The notes under the pieces: generated by a model | What the model saw: only the letters and a program-made list of their open reading frames with translations | Told to the model about the DNA's origin: nothing | Database searches by the model: none | DNA from: Octopus sinensis | Lineage: Eukaryota | Assembly: GCF_006345805.1 (NCBI RefSeq) | Contig: NC_042999.1 | Span: 13,578,001-13,642,000, forward strand | DNA: 64,000 bases | Direction of reading: 5' to 3' | Part shown: positions 50,649-62,407 of the stretch, piece by piece | Position numbering within the stretch: the stretch's first letter is position 1 | Layout: each line of letters opens with the position of its first letter | Position numbers and translations under genes: made by a program

Positions 50649-51130
50649 GAAGGTGGCAAACAGACAGAATCATTAGCGCACTGGATGAAATGCTTAGCGA
50701 TATTTCATCTGCCACTATATTCTGCAATTAAATGCCACCAAGGTTAACTTTGCCATGCATCCTTTCACACTTGATAAATTAAGTACCAGTAAAATACAGG
50801 GGTCAATGTAATCAACTCATCACCTCCCCACAAAATTGGCTACCCTTGAGGCAAAATTTGAAACCATTATTATTATTATTATTACTACTACTACTACTAC
50901 TACTATGTGAAGGTGGAAAGCTGGCAGAATCGTTAGCATGCTGGACGAAATGCCTAGTGGTATTTCACCCATCACTACATTCTGAGTTCAAATTCTGCTG
51001 AGGTTGACTTTACCTTTCATCCTTTCAGGGTCAATAAAACCAGTTAAACATTGGGATTGATGTAATCGACACATACCCACCTCCCTCAAACTGCGCTTGA
51101 GGTAAAAATTTGAAATAATGATTATTATTA
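49201..51130 (+). repeat. Head-to-tail array of 8 SINE-E copies with (ATT/GTT/ACT)n linkers
   Basis: Heads near 49201, 49435, 49644, 49852, 50105, 50370, 50650, 50910. Confidence 0.9.
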
Positions 51131-51147
51131 TTATTTAAAAACAAATG

Positions 51148-51560
51148 TGCGGGAGTGGCTGTGTGGTAAGTAGCTTGCTTACCAACCACATGGTTCTGGG
51201 TTCAGTCCCACTGCGTGGCACCTTGGGTAAATGTCTTCTACTATAGTCTCGGACAGACTAAAGCCTTATGAGTGGATTTGGTAGACAGAGACTGAAAGAA
51301 GCCTGTCATATATATGTATATGTATATATATATATGTGTGTGTATATGTTTGTGTACCTGTATTTGCCACCCCTCTCCATCCACATCGCTTGACAAATGA
51401 TGGTGTGTTTACATCCCCGTAATTTAGTGGTTCAGCAAAAGAGACCGATAGAATAAGCACTAGGCTTACAAAGAATAAGTCCTGGGGTCAATTTGCTCGA
51501 TCGACTAAAGGTGGTGCTCCAGCATGGCCGCAGTCAAATGACTGAAACAAGTAAAAGAGT
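51148..51560 (+). mobile_element. SINE-A
   Basis: Family motifs. Confidence 0.9.
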
Positions 51561-51924
51561 AATAAAACAACTATATATAACTTTGTCAGTTTTATTACTA
51601 CACTCAAATGAACAATAAAATAACTGACGAATGGACAGAAGCCGTTTCTCTTTTCAGTTTTTGGTGAAGCTGTACTGTGATGGCGCCAGAAATCACATCA
51701 AAACAAAACGAGGAATGTTTACACACCAGAACAGCAGTTGGCATGAATACTACATGTTTATGTATAGTGAAAGGCCAGACAAGCCGTCGACCAATGCATT
51801 TAATTCATCGAGTGTGTCAAGGTTTAAAAATGAGGCGGTTGTTTATTAGTAAACATATGGTGTATTAGTACAACTGGGAGGGAAGAATTACTTTATGTGT
51901 GTTAGTCTTTAACATAGCAGTCTC

Positions 51925-52215
51925 TTGAATGTGAGTGCATGCGTGTGTGCATGAGTATGTGTGCATGTGTGTGTGCATGCATGTGTGTGCATGCGTGTGT
52001 GCATTTGTGTGCATGCATGTGTGTGTGCATATGTGTATGCATGTGTGTGCATGCATGTGTGCATGCATGTGTGCATCTGTGTGTGCATGCATTTATGCAT
52101 GAGTGTATGTGCATGCAAGCGTGTGTGCATATGCATGTGTGCATATGTGTGTGCATGTGTGTACATGCATGTGTGCATCTGTGTGTGTGCATGTGTGTGT
52201 GTGTGTGTGTGTATT
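51925..52215. repeat. (TGCA/TGTG)n alternating purine-pyrimidine tract
   Basis: Directly visible. Confidence 0.95.
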
Positions 52216-52588
52216 ATCATCCTTTTAATGTTCACTCTTCCATGCTCACATGTGTTGGGTAGAATCTGTTGATTCTTCACCGCCTGACTGGCCCTCATGT
52301 CGGTGGCACGTAAAAGCACCCACTACACTCTCGGAGTGGTTGGCATTAGGAAGGGCATCCAACTGTAGAAACTCTGCCAGATCAGATTGGAGCCTGGTGT
52401 AGCCATCAGGTTTGCCAGTCCTCAGTCAAATCATCCAACCCATGAGCAAGGTAATATTTCCCCATAACAAGATATGTTTATATGGAAGATTGGGAACACA
52501 GAACACTGCTTGCATGGCAGTGACGTTCATTTACTCCTATCACATGATAGGAGAACCTGGGTTCTCATTCCTAAGGTATTTTTCGATG

Positions 52589-52628
<40 letters not shown>

Positions 52629-53085
52629 TACTATTAGTCAGGTCACTGCCTGGAATTGAACTCAGAATCTTGGGGTTAGTAGCCCGCGCTCTTAACCACT
52701 ACACCATATGCCCGTGATTCCTTTAAACAAGGGCTCATACTCTTGGCAGCTTTATCAGACTGGCAGCAGGCAAGAACACAGCAACTCACATAGACACACA
52801 TACAATGGTTTTCTTTCAGATTCCGCCTACCAAATCAACTCAAAAGGGTTTGGTCAACCCAGAGCTATAGTAGAAGACACTTGCCATGCTGTGAAATGGA
52901 ACCTGAAACTATGTGGTTGGGAAACAAACTCCATACTACACAACCACACCTATTAAGAGAAAAACTGGAACAGAGCAATGAGAATCCAAACAAAAATGGA
53001 TCTACTCGTTCTTAATACTCTTTACACCCCATGTATTGTTACCTGTTTGGCAGACAACAATGCACATAAGCGAATAATTTGTTTA

Positions 53086-53247
53086 GCACATTATTTACAT
53101 TTGACAGATATTTGTCCTCATCTTGTTAACACAACATTTCAGCTGATATACCCTCCAACCTTCATCAGGTGTCTTGAGAAAATTTCAAACTTGGGTTCTT
53201 AGTTCTTATTCCTAAGGTATTTTCGATGTTATTACTATTATTATTAC

Positions 53248-53287
<40 letters not shown>

Positions 53288-53362
53288 CAGATCACTGCCT
53301 GGAATTGAACTCAGAATCTTGGGGTTAGTAGCCCGCACTCTTAACCACCACACCACATGCCC
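53086..53362 (-). mobile_element. SINE-H, best-preserved copy: tRNA-like head, (AAT)n, hammerhead body
   Basis: A box TGGTGTGGTGG, arm GGG-CTACTAA-CCC, B box GAGTTCAATTCC; hammerhead at 53128-53173. Confidence 0.8.
53128..53173 (-). ncRNA. Minimal type-I hammerhead motif
   Basis: GACAC-CTGATGA-A-GGTTG...CAGCT-GAAA-TGT-T-GTGTT. Confidence 0.55.
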
Positions 53363-56300
53363 TTGTTTCCTATAACTAAGGGCTCATACTCTTGGTAGAT
53401 TTATTGGACTGGCAGAAGGTGGCATTGACTGCCACAATGTCTCAAAGTTCCCTTTCTTCAATGAATTGAATGTTGCGAACACACATCATCTAAAGAGCAG
53501 AGGTGTTTTCTGTTGATGCAAAAACAACAACAAACAGGTATTCACCGTTGAATCAGCTGGGACATATTAAGAATGTAAAGAAATATTATTCCTTGGATTT
53601 TTCACTGTTCTGCATGTATCCTATAAACTGTTAATCAATTTATCCTATAAATTGTTAATCAATTACATTCTGAGTTCAAATTCCACCGAGGTCGACTTTG
53701 CCTTTCATCCTTTCGGGGTCGATTAAATAAGTACCATTTACGCATTGGGGTCGATCTAATCAACTTAATCTGTTTGTCTGTCCTTGTTTGTCCCCTCTGT
53801 GTGTAGCCCCTTGTGGGCAATAAAAAAAAAGTTAATCAATTTGGCAGATGTCAGCGTGTATCAGCAATTAATTTGCTAAATTATCTCTGACCCTTTATCA
53901 TACTCCAACCCGTCACCTGGCACATGGCCATTTCTCTCGGTCCTTTTCCCTCTCTCAGCTGAAATGTCCTTGTCTTGCAAGCCACTCGATGACACTACAG
54001 GTACTGGTACCACGTAAAAAGCACCTGTGTCAGCACTACATAAAAAGGGCCACAGAAAAGAGCACTCTTGCCAGTGCCATGTTTTGTGTGCTTATGCTGG
54101 TAGCACACGAAGAGCATCCATGCTGGTGCCATGTAAGAGGGACCTGAGTCGATGTCATGTAAGAAGGACCCGTAATGGCACCACATAAGAAGCACATGTG
54201 TCAGTGCTATGTAAAGAGCACCCGTGCTGACACAATGTAAAAAGCACCCAGTACGCTCTGTAAAGTGGTTGATATTAGGAAGTGCATCAAGTTGCAGAAA
54301 CCATGCCAAGTCAGATGACTGGGGCTTGATGCAACTCCCTGGCTTGCTAGCACCTATCAAACCATCCAACCCATGGAAAACAGGTAATAAATGATGACGA
54401 CGACGACGATGATTCTTATAAACAAGAGATTCAAGATTCATCAGTCTGATATGGTAGCTTTAACAAGGCCAAAACACTACAGTGTCCTGAAGTTCCCATA
54501 TACATTGATGTTTCCATAGATGTGTGTTATGAACACACATCAATGAAAGGAAGGAGGTGCTCTGTGGATGAAAAAACCACAGTGGTCAGCATATTCACCT
54601 GAAAATCTGCCAGAAGGTATTAAGATTAAATAGATACATGATTGTTTGGATTCTCCCTGTTCTACAGGGACCCCATGAATTATTAACTGTTTAGCAAACA
54701 TTTGCATGCATGAGCAAATAATTTCTTAGCTGGTTCTTATAAACAAGAGACTGTGGTCTTATGAGGTTCATCACTCTGATCGGAGTAAGCTTTAACTGAG
54801 GAGACATAATAAGGCTGAAACACTGCAGTGTCTCAAACTCCCTATACACAGGTGAACCATGTGTTATGAACACACACCATGTAAAGGCAGTGATCCGCAT
54901 ATTCACATTAATATCTGTCAGAAGATATTAAGAATGGATACGTTGTTGTGATTTGGGGTCTCGCTGTTTTACATGTATCTTATGAATTGTTAATCAGTCG
55001 TGAATTCTTTAAAGTAAATATTTAATGCTGTTCAAAACAGAATATTCCGGAAGAAAATGCCAAGCAGAACTTTTATATTAAGAACAGTGAAAAAGAAAAT
55101 GAACAAGGAAAAAGAAACGGTGAGCAGATTTGAAGCGTTTAAAGGTTGAACCACTTTAGTATTATTCCAAGATACATTTGGTAGCTGTTTTTGAAAAGGT
55201 AAGTTAAAGAAAACGGGGATACAACATAACAACTGTACTTTAAACATAAACACAGACAAAAGCAAACACACACATATTTGTACATATGCACATACACACA
55301 CATTTCTATGTATTAATGTTTTGCTTGTATGTCAAGTTTTATATAAAAGCGATTTAACATTAAACTGAAATGTTAATGGGTACGTTTTCGTGGAGAACAT
55401 ACTGTATTTGATGGAATAAAAGACGAAAAGATATATTAGACATCCCACTAGCCCCTAACTTCAGCAACACACATTTTGGGCAGTAAAAAGGTTTTAGTGC
55501 ATTCAAGGGTCGAACCAAATATTCGAAATCAAACCAAATTCGACGACTAGCACCCATGCCAACCTCCCTTCATTGGGCACTAAACTCTGCTTGCAAAGAT
55601 CTGTTAGGCAAGTGAAATCAAAATTGAACCAAATTCGATGACTGGCACCCATGCCAGTGGAGTGCTAACAGCTCCATCTGAGCGGCATCACTGCCACAGC
55701 AGCTGTCTGGTTTCCATGCCGGTGACACGTAAAAAGCACCATTTGAGTGTGATCGTTACCAGTGTCGCCTTACTGGCACTTATGCTGGTGGCACATGAAC
55801 AAGACATTCGAGCGAGGTCGTTACCAGTGCCACTGGACTGACTCCTGTGCAGGTGGCACGTAAAAAGCACCATTTCAAGTGTGGCCGTTGCCAGTGCCGC
55901 CAGACTGGCCCTCGCGCCGGTGGCACGTAAAAGCACCCACTACACTCTCGTAGTGGTTGGCGTTAGAAAGGGCATCCAGCTGTAGAAGCTCTGCCAGATC
56001 AAATTGGAGCTTGGCGCAGCCATCTGGTTCGCCAGACCTCAGTTAAATCGTCCAACCCATGCTAGCATGAAAAGCAGACGTTAAATGATGATGATGATGT
56101 GGCTGTACAGAAAGATGTTTGCTCATCCAACTATATGGTTCTGGGTTCCGTCCCACAGCATAGAAACCTGGGCAAGTGCCTTCAGCTATATAGCCTGAGG
56201 GCCAATCATAGCTTTGTGAGTAGATTTGGGAGACAAGTTGAAAGAAGCCCATCATATGTGTGTGTGTGTGTGTGTCTTTGCATTTGTATTTGTTCCCCAA

Positions 56301-56759
56301 ACACTGCTTGACAACCAGTGTTGGTTTGTTTACATCCCCATAACTTGGAAGTTCAGCAAAAAGAAATCAATAGGATAAGTACCAGACTTTAAAAAAAAAT
56401 AAACACTAGTGGAGGGGGAGGGTTACTTATTCAATTAAACCCTTCAGCACAATGCTCCAGCATGGCCACAGTCTGATGACTGGAACAAGTAAAGGATAAA
56501 GGAATACACAGAACCTGATTTGATATTTTTTAAATGTTTTTTTTTTTTTTTTTACAAAAATGCATTTTCTAAGTTATCATATACAATATTTATTAATTTT
56601 TATGAAGAGATGTTTAACAGAAGCTTTGAAATTTTGGTTTCCTCATCTTCATCAGAGATCCTGATGAAGCCAAAATTTTTAAAGTCACATTTGGTGATGG
56701 CACTGCTGTATCATCATCATCATCATCATTACTATTATTACAATGATGATGACACACAT

Positions 56760-57270
56760 ACGTGTGTGAGTGAGAGAGAGAGAGAGTGAGAAAGAGAGGG
56801 TGTGTGAGAGAGAGAAAGAAAGACTGTGCGAGTGTTTGAGAGTGTGTGTGTGTGTGTGTATGTATGAGAGACAGAGTGTGTGAGGGACAGAAAGATAGTG
56901 AGAAAGAGTGTTTGAGAGAGAGTGTATGTGTGAGAGAGTGTATGCATGAGAGAGAGAGTGCATGTGTGTGTGAGAAAGAGTGTGTGTGTGTGTGAGAGAG
57001 AGAGAGAATGTGTGAGAAAGAGCGTGTGAGAGAGAGTGTGCATGTATGTGAGAGAGAGAAAGAAAGAGTGTGTGAGGGAGAGTGTTTGAGAGAGAGAGTG
57101 TGCGTGTGTGAGACAGAGGGAGAAAGAGTGCTTGTGAGAGAGAGTGTGAGGGAGTTTGAGAGAGAGAAAGAGTGTGTGTGTGAGAGAAAGAGAGTGTGAG
57201 AAAGAGTGTGTGTGAGAGAGTTTTTGAGAGTGTGTGTGTGTGTGTGAGTGCATGTGCATGCAGATGTGTG
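56760..57270 (+). repeat. (GA/GT)n compound dinucleotide field
   Basis: Directly visible. Confidence 0.95.
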
Positions 57271-57577
57271 TATGCATTTCTTGAAATTTGTGGTCAATGA
57301 ATGTCATGGCCAGAGTTGTTGGGTCCCCCCCCCTCCCCATTGTTGCCTCTTTTCATTATAAAACAATCACAAACATTCGTCAAGCAAAAGTGCAGCAGTC
57401 GTTATAATTAGAAAATCCTTCTAGAGGCATAACGAAAAAAAAAACCCAACAAAACTATAAATTTGAATAAGAAAAGTACTTTAGTAAAATATAATCTTCA
57501 TTAAGACCAAAGTTAATTACACAAATGTAATCTTCGTTTAAGAATGATTGAAAATTATTTCAGAGCAGCAAGCTACG

Positions 57578-58343
57578 TTTTTACCTCCGCCATAGCAAAG
57601 GTGGAGGTATTGTTCTCAGTTATGTTTGTGGACCAGATATCTCAAGAACTGCTGGATGGATTCGGATGAAACTTTCAGGGATGTTTGGCCTCATGACTGG
57701 CATGAACTGATTAGATTTTGGGATCAATCCGGTACCAGACAAGGATTCTGGACTATTTTTCCTTTTTTCTTACTTAATTTTTGAGAGCGGTCAGGTTCAT
57801 TTATAGTATTCTCGTTTGTGAGAGCTTCTTCTTTATGCCTTTAACCCTCCAATGCGGAGTACAGGCCACTTATAGTTGAATTCCATGTCACATAATTTTT
57901 CGCTTCTGTACTTATACTCTGCCATGAATGTCCTCCTTTCTCTAGTTCCTTTTGTGTTGATCTCTGCCACGAGTTCTTATCCATCTGGATTCCACTGTAA
58001 AGCACTTTTCGTTACATTTGGTGTTTCTTTTCTAATTGTGCTACCAATCCACTTCCACTTTTTCTTAAATATTTTCTCCCTAATCAAAACAAGCCCAACC
58101 CCTCATCCTCGTCGTGAGAGGTGGAAACAGGTAAAGCTGGCCAATGGGGCTCTGGTGAAGTTGAATGGGCTAATCACCCGTGAAATGGATTTTTTTCAAA
58201 TTGATTATGGAAACACTGATAGTTTGTGAGAGTAATCGAGTTTATTTCAGATATTCGCATTTTAAAAATTATCTCTGGCTAATCGTTGAGAGGACGTTGG
58301 TGTTGCCTTGGGCGGAGGTTTGCACTCTCTGAGTGATCTTGTT
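57578..58343 (+). mobile_element. Helentron-associated (HINE/DINE-like) non-autonomous element
   Basis: 5' TTTTTACCTCCGCC...GGTGGAGGTA palindrome; 3' subterminal inverted GGCGGAGGT plus hairpin CACTC tct GAGTG; inserted in T-rich sites. Confidence 0.75.
57825..58221 (-). mobile_element. 5'-truncated RTE LINE nested in the HINE, 11-bp TSD
   Basis: GTTTGTGAGAG at 57814-57824 and 58222-58232; KKKWKWIGSTIRK...ALQWNPDG and GHSWQSISTEAKNYVTW; GAAGAAG tail. Confidence 0.85.
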
Positions 58344-58629
58344 TGATATTAAAATCAAAGTTTATTTATCTTCAAACTAAAGATTACTGGCAATCTGCAT
58401 GAGAAAATTGATGTTTACTGTAACTTTTACTAAATATTTAGGAAAAAAAAAAAAACATAAAGAATTAATATAGATGCACACATGGCTGTGTGGTAAGAAG
58501 CTTGCTTCTCAAGCAACCTCTCCTAAGCAGACCGAGTGCAGATATGAGTAGCATATGGGGACCGGTATTAAGGAAGGATAGGAAAATATTAGATTTATAA
58601 GCCCTAAAATTCACTCAATAATTGCCCAC

Positions 58630-59120
58630 GGGCATATGGCGTAATGATTAAGAGCACGGGCTACTAACCCCAAGATTCCGAATTTGATTCCAAGCAGTGA
58701 CCTGAATAATAATACCTTAGGAATGAGAACCCATATTGTTGTTAATATATAACATTAAAAACAAACAAGATGAGGACAAATATCCGTCAAATCTAAATAA
58801 TGTAAATCATCATCATTTAGCATCCACTTTCCATGCTAGCATGGGTTGGACAGTTCAACTGGGGTCTGGGAAACCAGAAGGCTGCACCAGGCCCAGTCTG
58901 ATCTGGCAATGTTTCTACGGCTGGATGCCCTTCCTAACGCCAACCACTCCAAGAGTGTAGTGGGTGCTTTTTACATGTCACTGGCACAGGTGCCAGACGG
59001 GGCTGGCAAACGGCCACGGACGGATGGTGCATGTTACGTGCCACCAGCACGGGGGCCAGGCGAGGCTGGCAACGGCCTAATGTGCATAATTCCTCATCTC
59101 TTAAATATAGAACTATACTC
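58630..59120 (+). mobile_element. SINE-H copy with hammerhead segment deleted, interrupted by a family-D insert (58806-59078)
   Basis: Head GGGCATATGGCGTAATGATTAAGAG; tail resumes AATGTGCATAATTCCTCATCTCTTAAATATAGAACT. Confidence 0.75.
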
Positions 59121-60004
59121 CTTCTTAGTCAGTCACAATGCTTATGTCATCGAATGTGGCATTTAAGTCCCACCAGCAATTTGCAAAGAAGGCCACAGAT
59201 GCTGAAAGTATGAGAATTACAGGTCAGTGCAGGTGATATATTTGCATCTGCTTTGCACCCCTAAACCAGTCAATGCTAGTTACAACAGGGCATTGGTCAG
59301 CCTCAAGGCTATAGTAGAAGACATTTGCTCAGGGTGCCATGCAGTGAGACTGAACCCAGAACCTTGTGGCTGGGTTGCAAGCTCCTTACCATCATAGTGA
59401 CAGCTTCTGCATGGCAAAACTTGGAATTTTCTTTTTGAGTTTTCAAATTCGTTAATTATAATTAAGAACAAATTTAATTGATTTTACAATACTCTCACAG
59501 CAGCATGGACTAATTCTGAACAGAAATATGTACTTTTATTGTGTAATAGCAAAGGAGATTTAATAAAAATAAATTAGCGTAAATTAACAATGAAAGACTA
59601 AATTTTTAAACTAACAAAACTAAAAGTGCAATAAATCTGTTGGCTTAAAGAGATAATGAACTGATAATGTAGATTAATGATGATAATGCAGATAAAAGTC
59701 TGGCATACGTCAACCACGAATTCAACATTTAAACAGTCAATTGCCAAATATACAATTCATCATTTTAAAATAAATGTCATCAAATAATATCATGAATAAA
59801 AGATGGCTTTTGAAACTGAAAATCCTGTAATTTATTTAAATGTATAATTGAATTCACTGACTTCATAAAGAGTAAAACTAATCAGTATTTGTCATTGAGA
59901 CAGGAGACAGAAAAAAATTGTCAAATGTGATTTTATTGACCTAACATACTGAAACATTCTGCCAGATAAAGCAACGTAAATATATATATATATATATATA
60001 TATT

Positions 60005-60450
60005 GCCGGTGGCACGTAAAATACTCCAATCCGACCGTACGACAGGCACCCATGCCAACCCACTTTGCTTGTGAAGACATGTTGGGGCAAGCGAAATCGA
60101 AATCGAATTGAACCAGCCAGGATCCCTGGTCTGGTGGTACGTAAAAAGCACTATCCGACTTGTGGCCGATGCCAGCACGGCCTCGACTGGCTTCCGTGCC
60201 GGTGGCACATAAAATACACCAATCCGACTGTGGTCGTTGCCAGCCTCGCCTGGCACCTGTGCAGGTGGCACGTAAAAAGCACCCACTACACTCACGGAGT
60301 GGTTGGCGTTAGGAAGGGCATCCAGCTGTAGAAACATTGCCAGATTAGACTGGAGCCTGGTGCAGCCTTCTGGCTTCCCATAACCTCGGTCGAACCGTCC
60401 AACCCATGCTAGCATGGAGAACGGACGTTAAACGATGATGATGATGATGA
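60005..60450 (+). mobile_element. Young family-D RTE 3' end; close inverted twin at 63588-64000
   Basis: Few mismatches over ~410 bp by eye. Confidence 0.85.
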
Positions 60451-60491
60451 TAAATAAATAAATTCAAATATTTAAAATAAATATATACTCT

Positions 60492-61032
60492 TTTTACTCT
60501 TTTACTTGTTTCAGTCATTTTGACTGCGGCCATGCTGGAGCACAGCCTTTAGTCAAGCAAATCGACCCCAAGACTTATTCTTTGTAAGCCTAGCACTTAT
60601 TCTATTGGTCTCTTTTGCCAAACCGCTAAGTTATGGGGACGTAAACACATCAGCATCAGCTGTCAAGCGATGTTGGGGCAACAAACACAGACACACAAAC
60701 ATATACACACACATCATCATCATCGTTTAACGTCCGCTTTCTATGCTAGCATGGGTTGGACGCTTCAACTGGGGTCTGGGAAGCCAGGAGGCTGCACCCG
60801 GCTCCAGTCTGATCCGGCGGTGTTTCTACAGCTGGATGCCCATCCTAACGCCAACCACTCCGTGAGTGTAGTGGGTGCTTTTTACGTGCTACTAGCACAG
60901 GTGCCAGACGAGGCTGGCGAACGGCCACGCTCGGATGGTGCTTTTTACGTGCCACCGGCATGGAGGCCAGGCGAGGCTGGCACAGCCACAATCGGATGGT
61001 GTTTGTTACGTGCCACCAGCATGGAGGCCAGT

Positions 61033-61066
<34 letters not shown>

Positions 61067-61422
61067 TTATATGACGGGCTTCTTTCAGTTTCCATCTACC
61101 AAATCCACTCACAAGGCTTTGGTCAGCCTGAGGCTATAGAAGTCACTTTCCCAAGGTGCCACGCAGTGGGATTGAACCCGGAACCATGTGATTGGTAAGC
61201 AAGCTACTTACCACACAGCCACTCCTACGCCTATGATAGCAAAAGATATATGTATATATATAGATAGAAATATTTAAAAAGTGGTAAGTAGCTTGCTAAC
61301 CAACCACATGGTTCCGGGTTCAGTCCCACTGCGTGGCATCTTGGGCAAGTGTCTTCTGCTATAGCCCCGGGCTGACCAAAGCCTTGTGAGTGGATTTGAA
61401 ACTGAAAGAAGCCTGTCGTATA

Positions 61423-61479
<57 letters not shown>

Positions 61480-61686
61480 TTGTGTTTGTCCCCCTAGCAT
61501 TGCTTGACAACCGATGCTGGTGTGTTTACGTCCCCGTCACTTAGCAGTTCGGCAAAAGAGACCGATAAAATAAGTACTGGGCTTACAAGGAATAAGTCCC
61601 GGGGTTGATTTGCTCGACTAAAGGTGGTGCTCCAGCATGGCCGCAGTCAAATGACTGAAACAAGTAAAAGAGTAAAAGAGAGAGAG
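60492..61686. mobile_element. Head-to-head SINE-A pair (minus 60492-61232 with family-D insert; plus 61281-61686)
   Basis: Family motifs; about 50-bp spacer. Confidence 0.85.
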
Positions 61687-61702
61687 TAAATATATATATA
61701 TA

Positions 61703-61868
61703 TATCTGTAAATATAATATGTGACAATTATTCGGTAGCCACGATAAAACTCCGAGTTTTGGATGTCGAGGCAGAAACCCACACTGGCATGGGTTTCCGC
61801 CCTGACATCCGAAACTTGGAATTTTATCATGTCTACCGAATAATTGTCACATATTATATTTACAGATA
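61703..61868. mobile_element. Fold-back MITE, ~78-bp arms, 8-nt loop
   Basis: TATCTGTAAATATAATATGTGACAATTATTCGGTAG... mirrored; starts next to (TA)n. Confidence 0.8.
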
Positions 61869-62186
61869 AGTTCCTCTATTTACATAATAATGAGGTCTCT
61901 TTCATTCTTTTGTTGTCTTACCATTTCTATCAATATATATATATATTTCTCACAGACAGTGCCCAACTGACCCTACTATACTGTATATTCAACAAAATCA
62001 AAAACAAACAATGCACGAAATTAAAAATATAAAATGACGATAATTTGCCCATCGCTCCCTGTGTGTGTATGTATATATATATATATAATTTAAAATAAAG
62101 GTGAGAAATTAGATATTAATTTAATTAACATCGATTTCAAACTAGTGGTCTAACATAAAAAAACTGAAGGTTCCGTAAAACTGTAT

Positions 62187-62407
62187 TATATATATATTAG
62201 AGGGAAACCACTATGTGGACACCCATATGCCAGAAATAGATCTGCTACGGTCTCACCACCAAAAAATGTTCTCAAGAAAACTTTAGCAAAACAACCAAAA
62301 CGGTTGCTAAATTTTTCTTGAGAACATTTCTTGGTGGTGAGACCGTAGCGGATCTATTTCTAGCATATGGGTGTCCACATAGTGGTTTCCCTCTAATATA
62401 TATATAT
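62187..62407. mobile_element. Fold-back MITE, ~100-bp arms, in (TA)n
   Basis: TTAGAGGGAAACCACTATGTGGACACCCATATG... mirrored with a handful of mismatches. Confidence 0.85.

Noticed and set aside
49201-51130. Repeat-spacer look of a CRISPR array
   Set aside because: Units are 200-270-bp eukaryotic SINE copies with microsatellite linkers; no cas genes and no unique spacers.
53290-53362. tRNA genes (here and in other SINE heads)
   Set aside because: No complete acceptor stem or cloverleaf; the heads run into repeat bodies.
56619-56685. Imperfect hairpin and a possible upstream PDE exon (AVPSPNVTLK / DFKNFGF)
   Set aside because: Large bulge and AT-rich arms; no usable donor, and no frame reaches the expected RMF...YE sequence.
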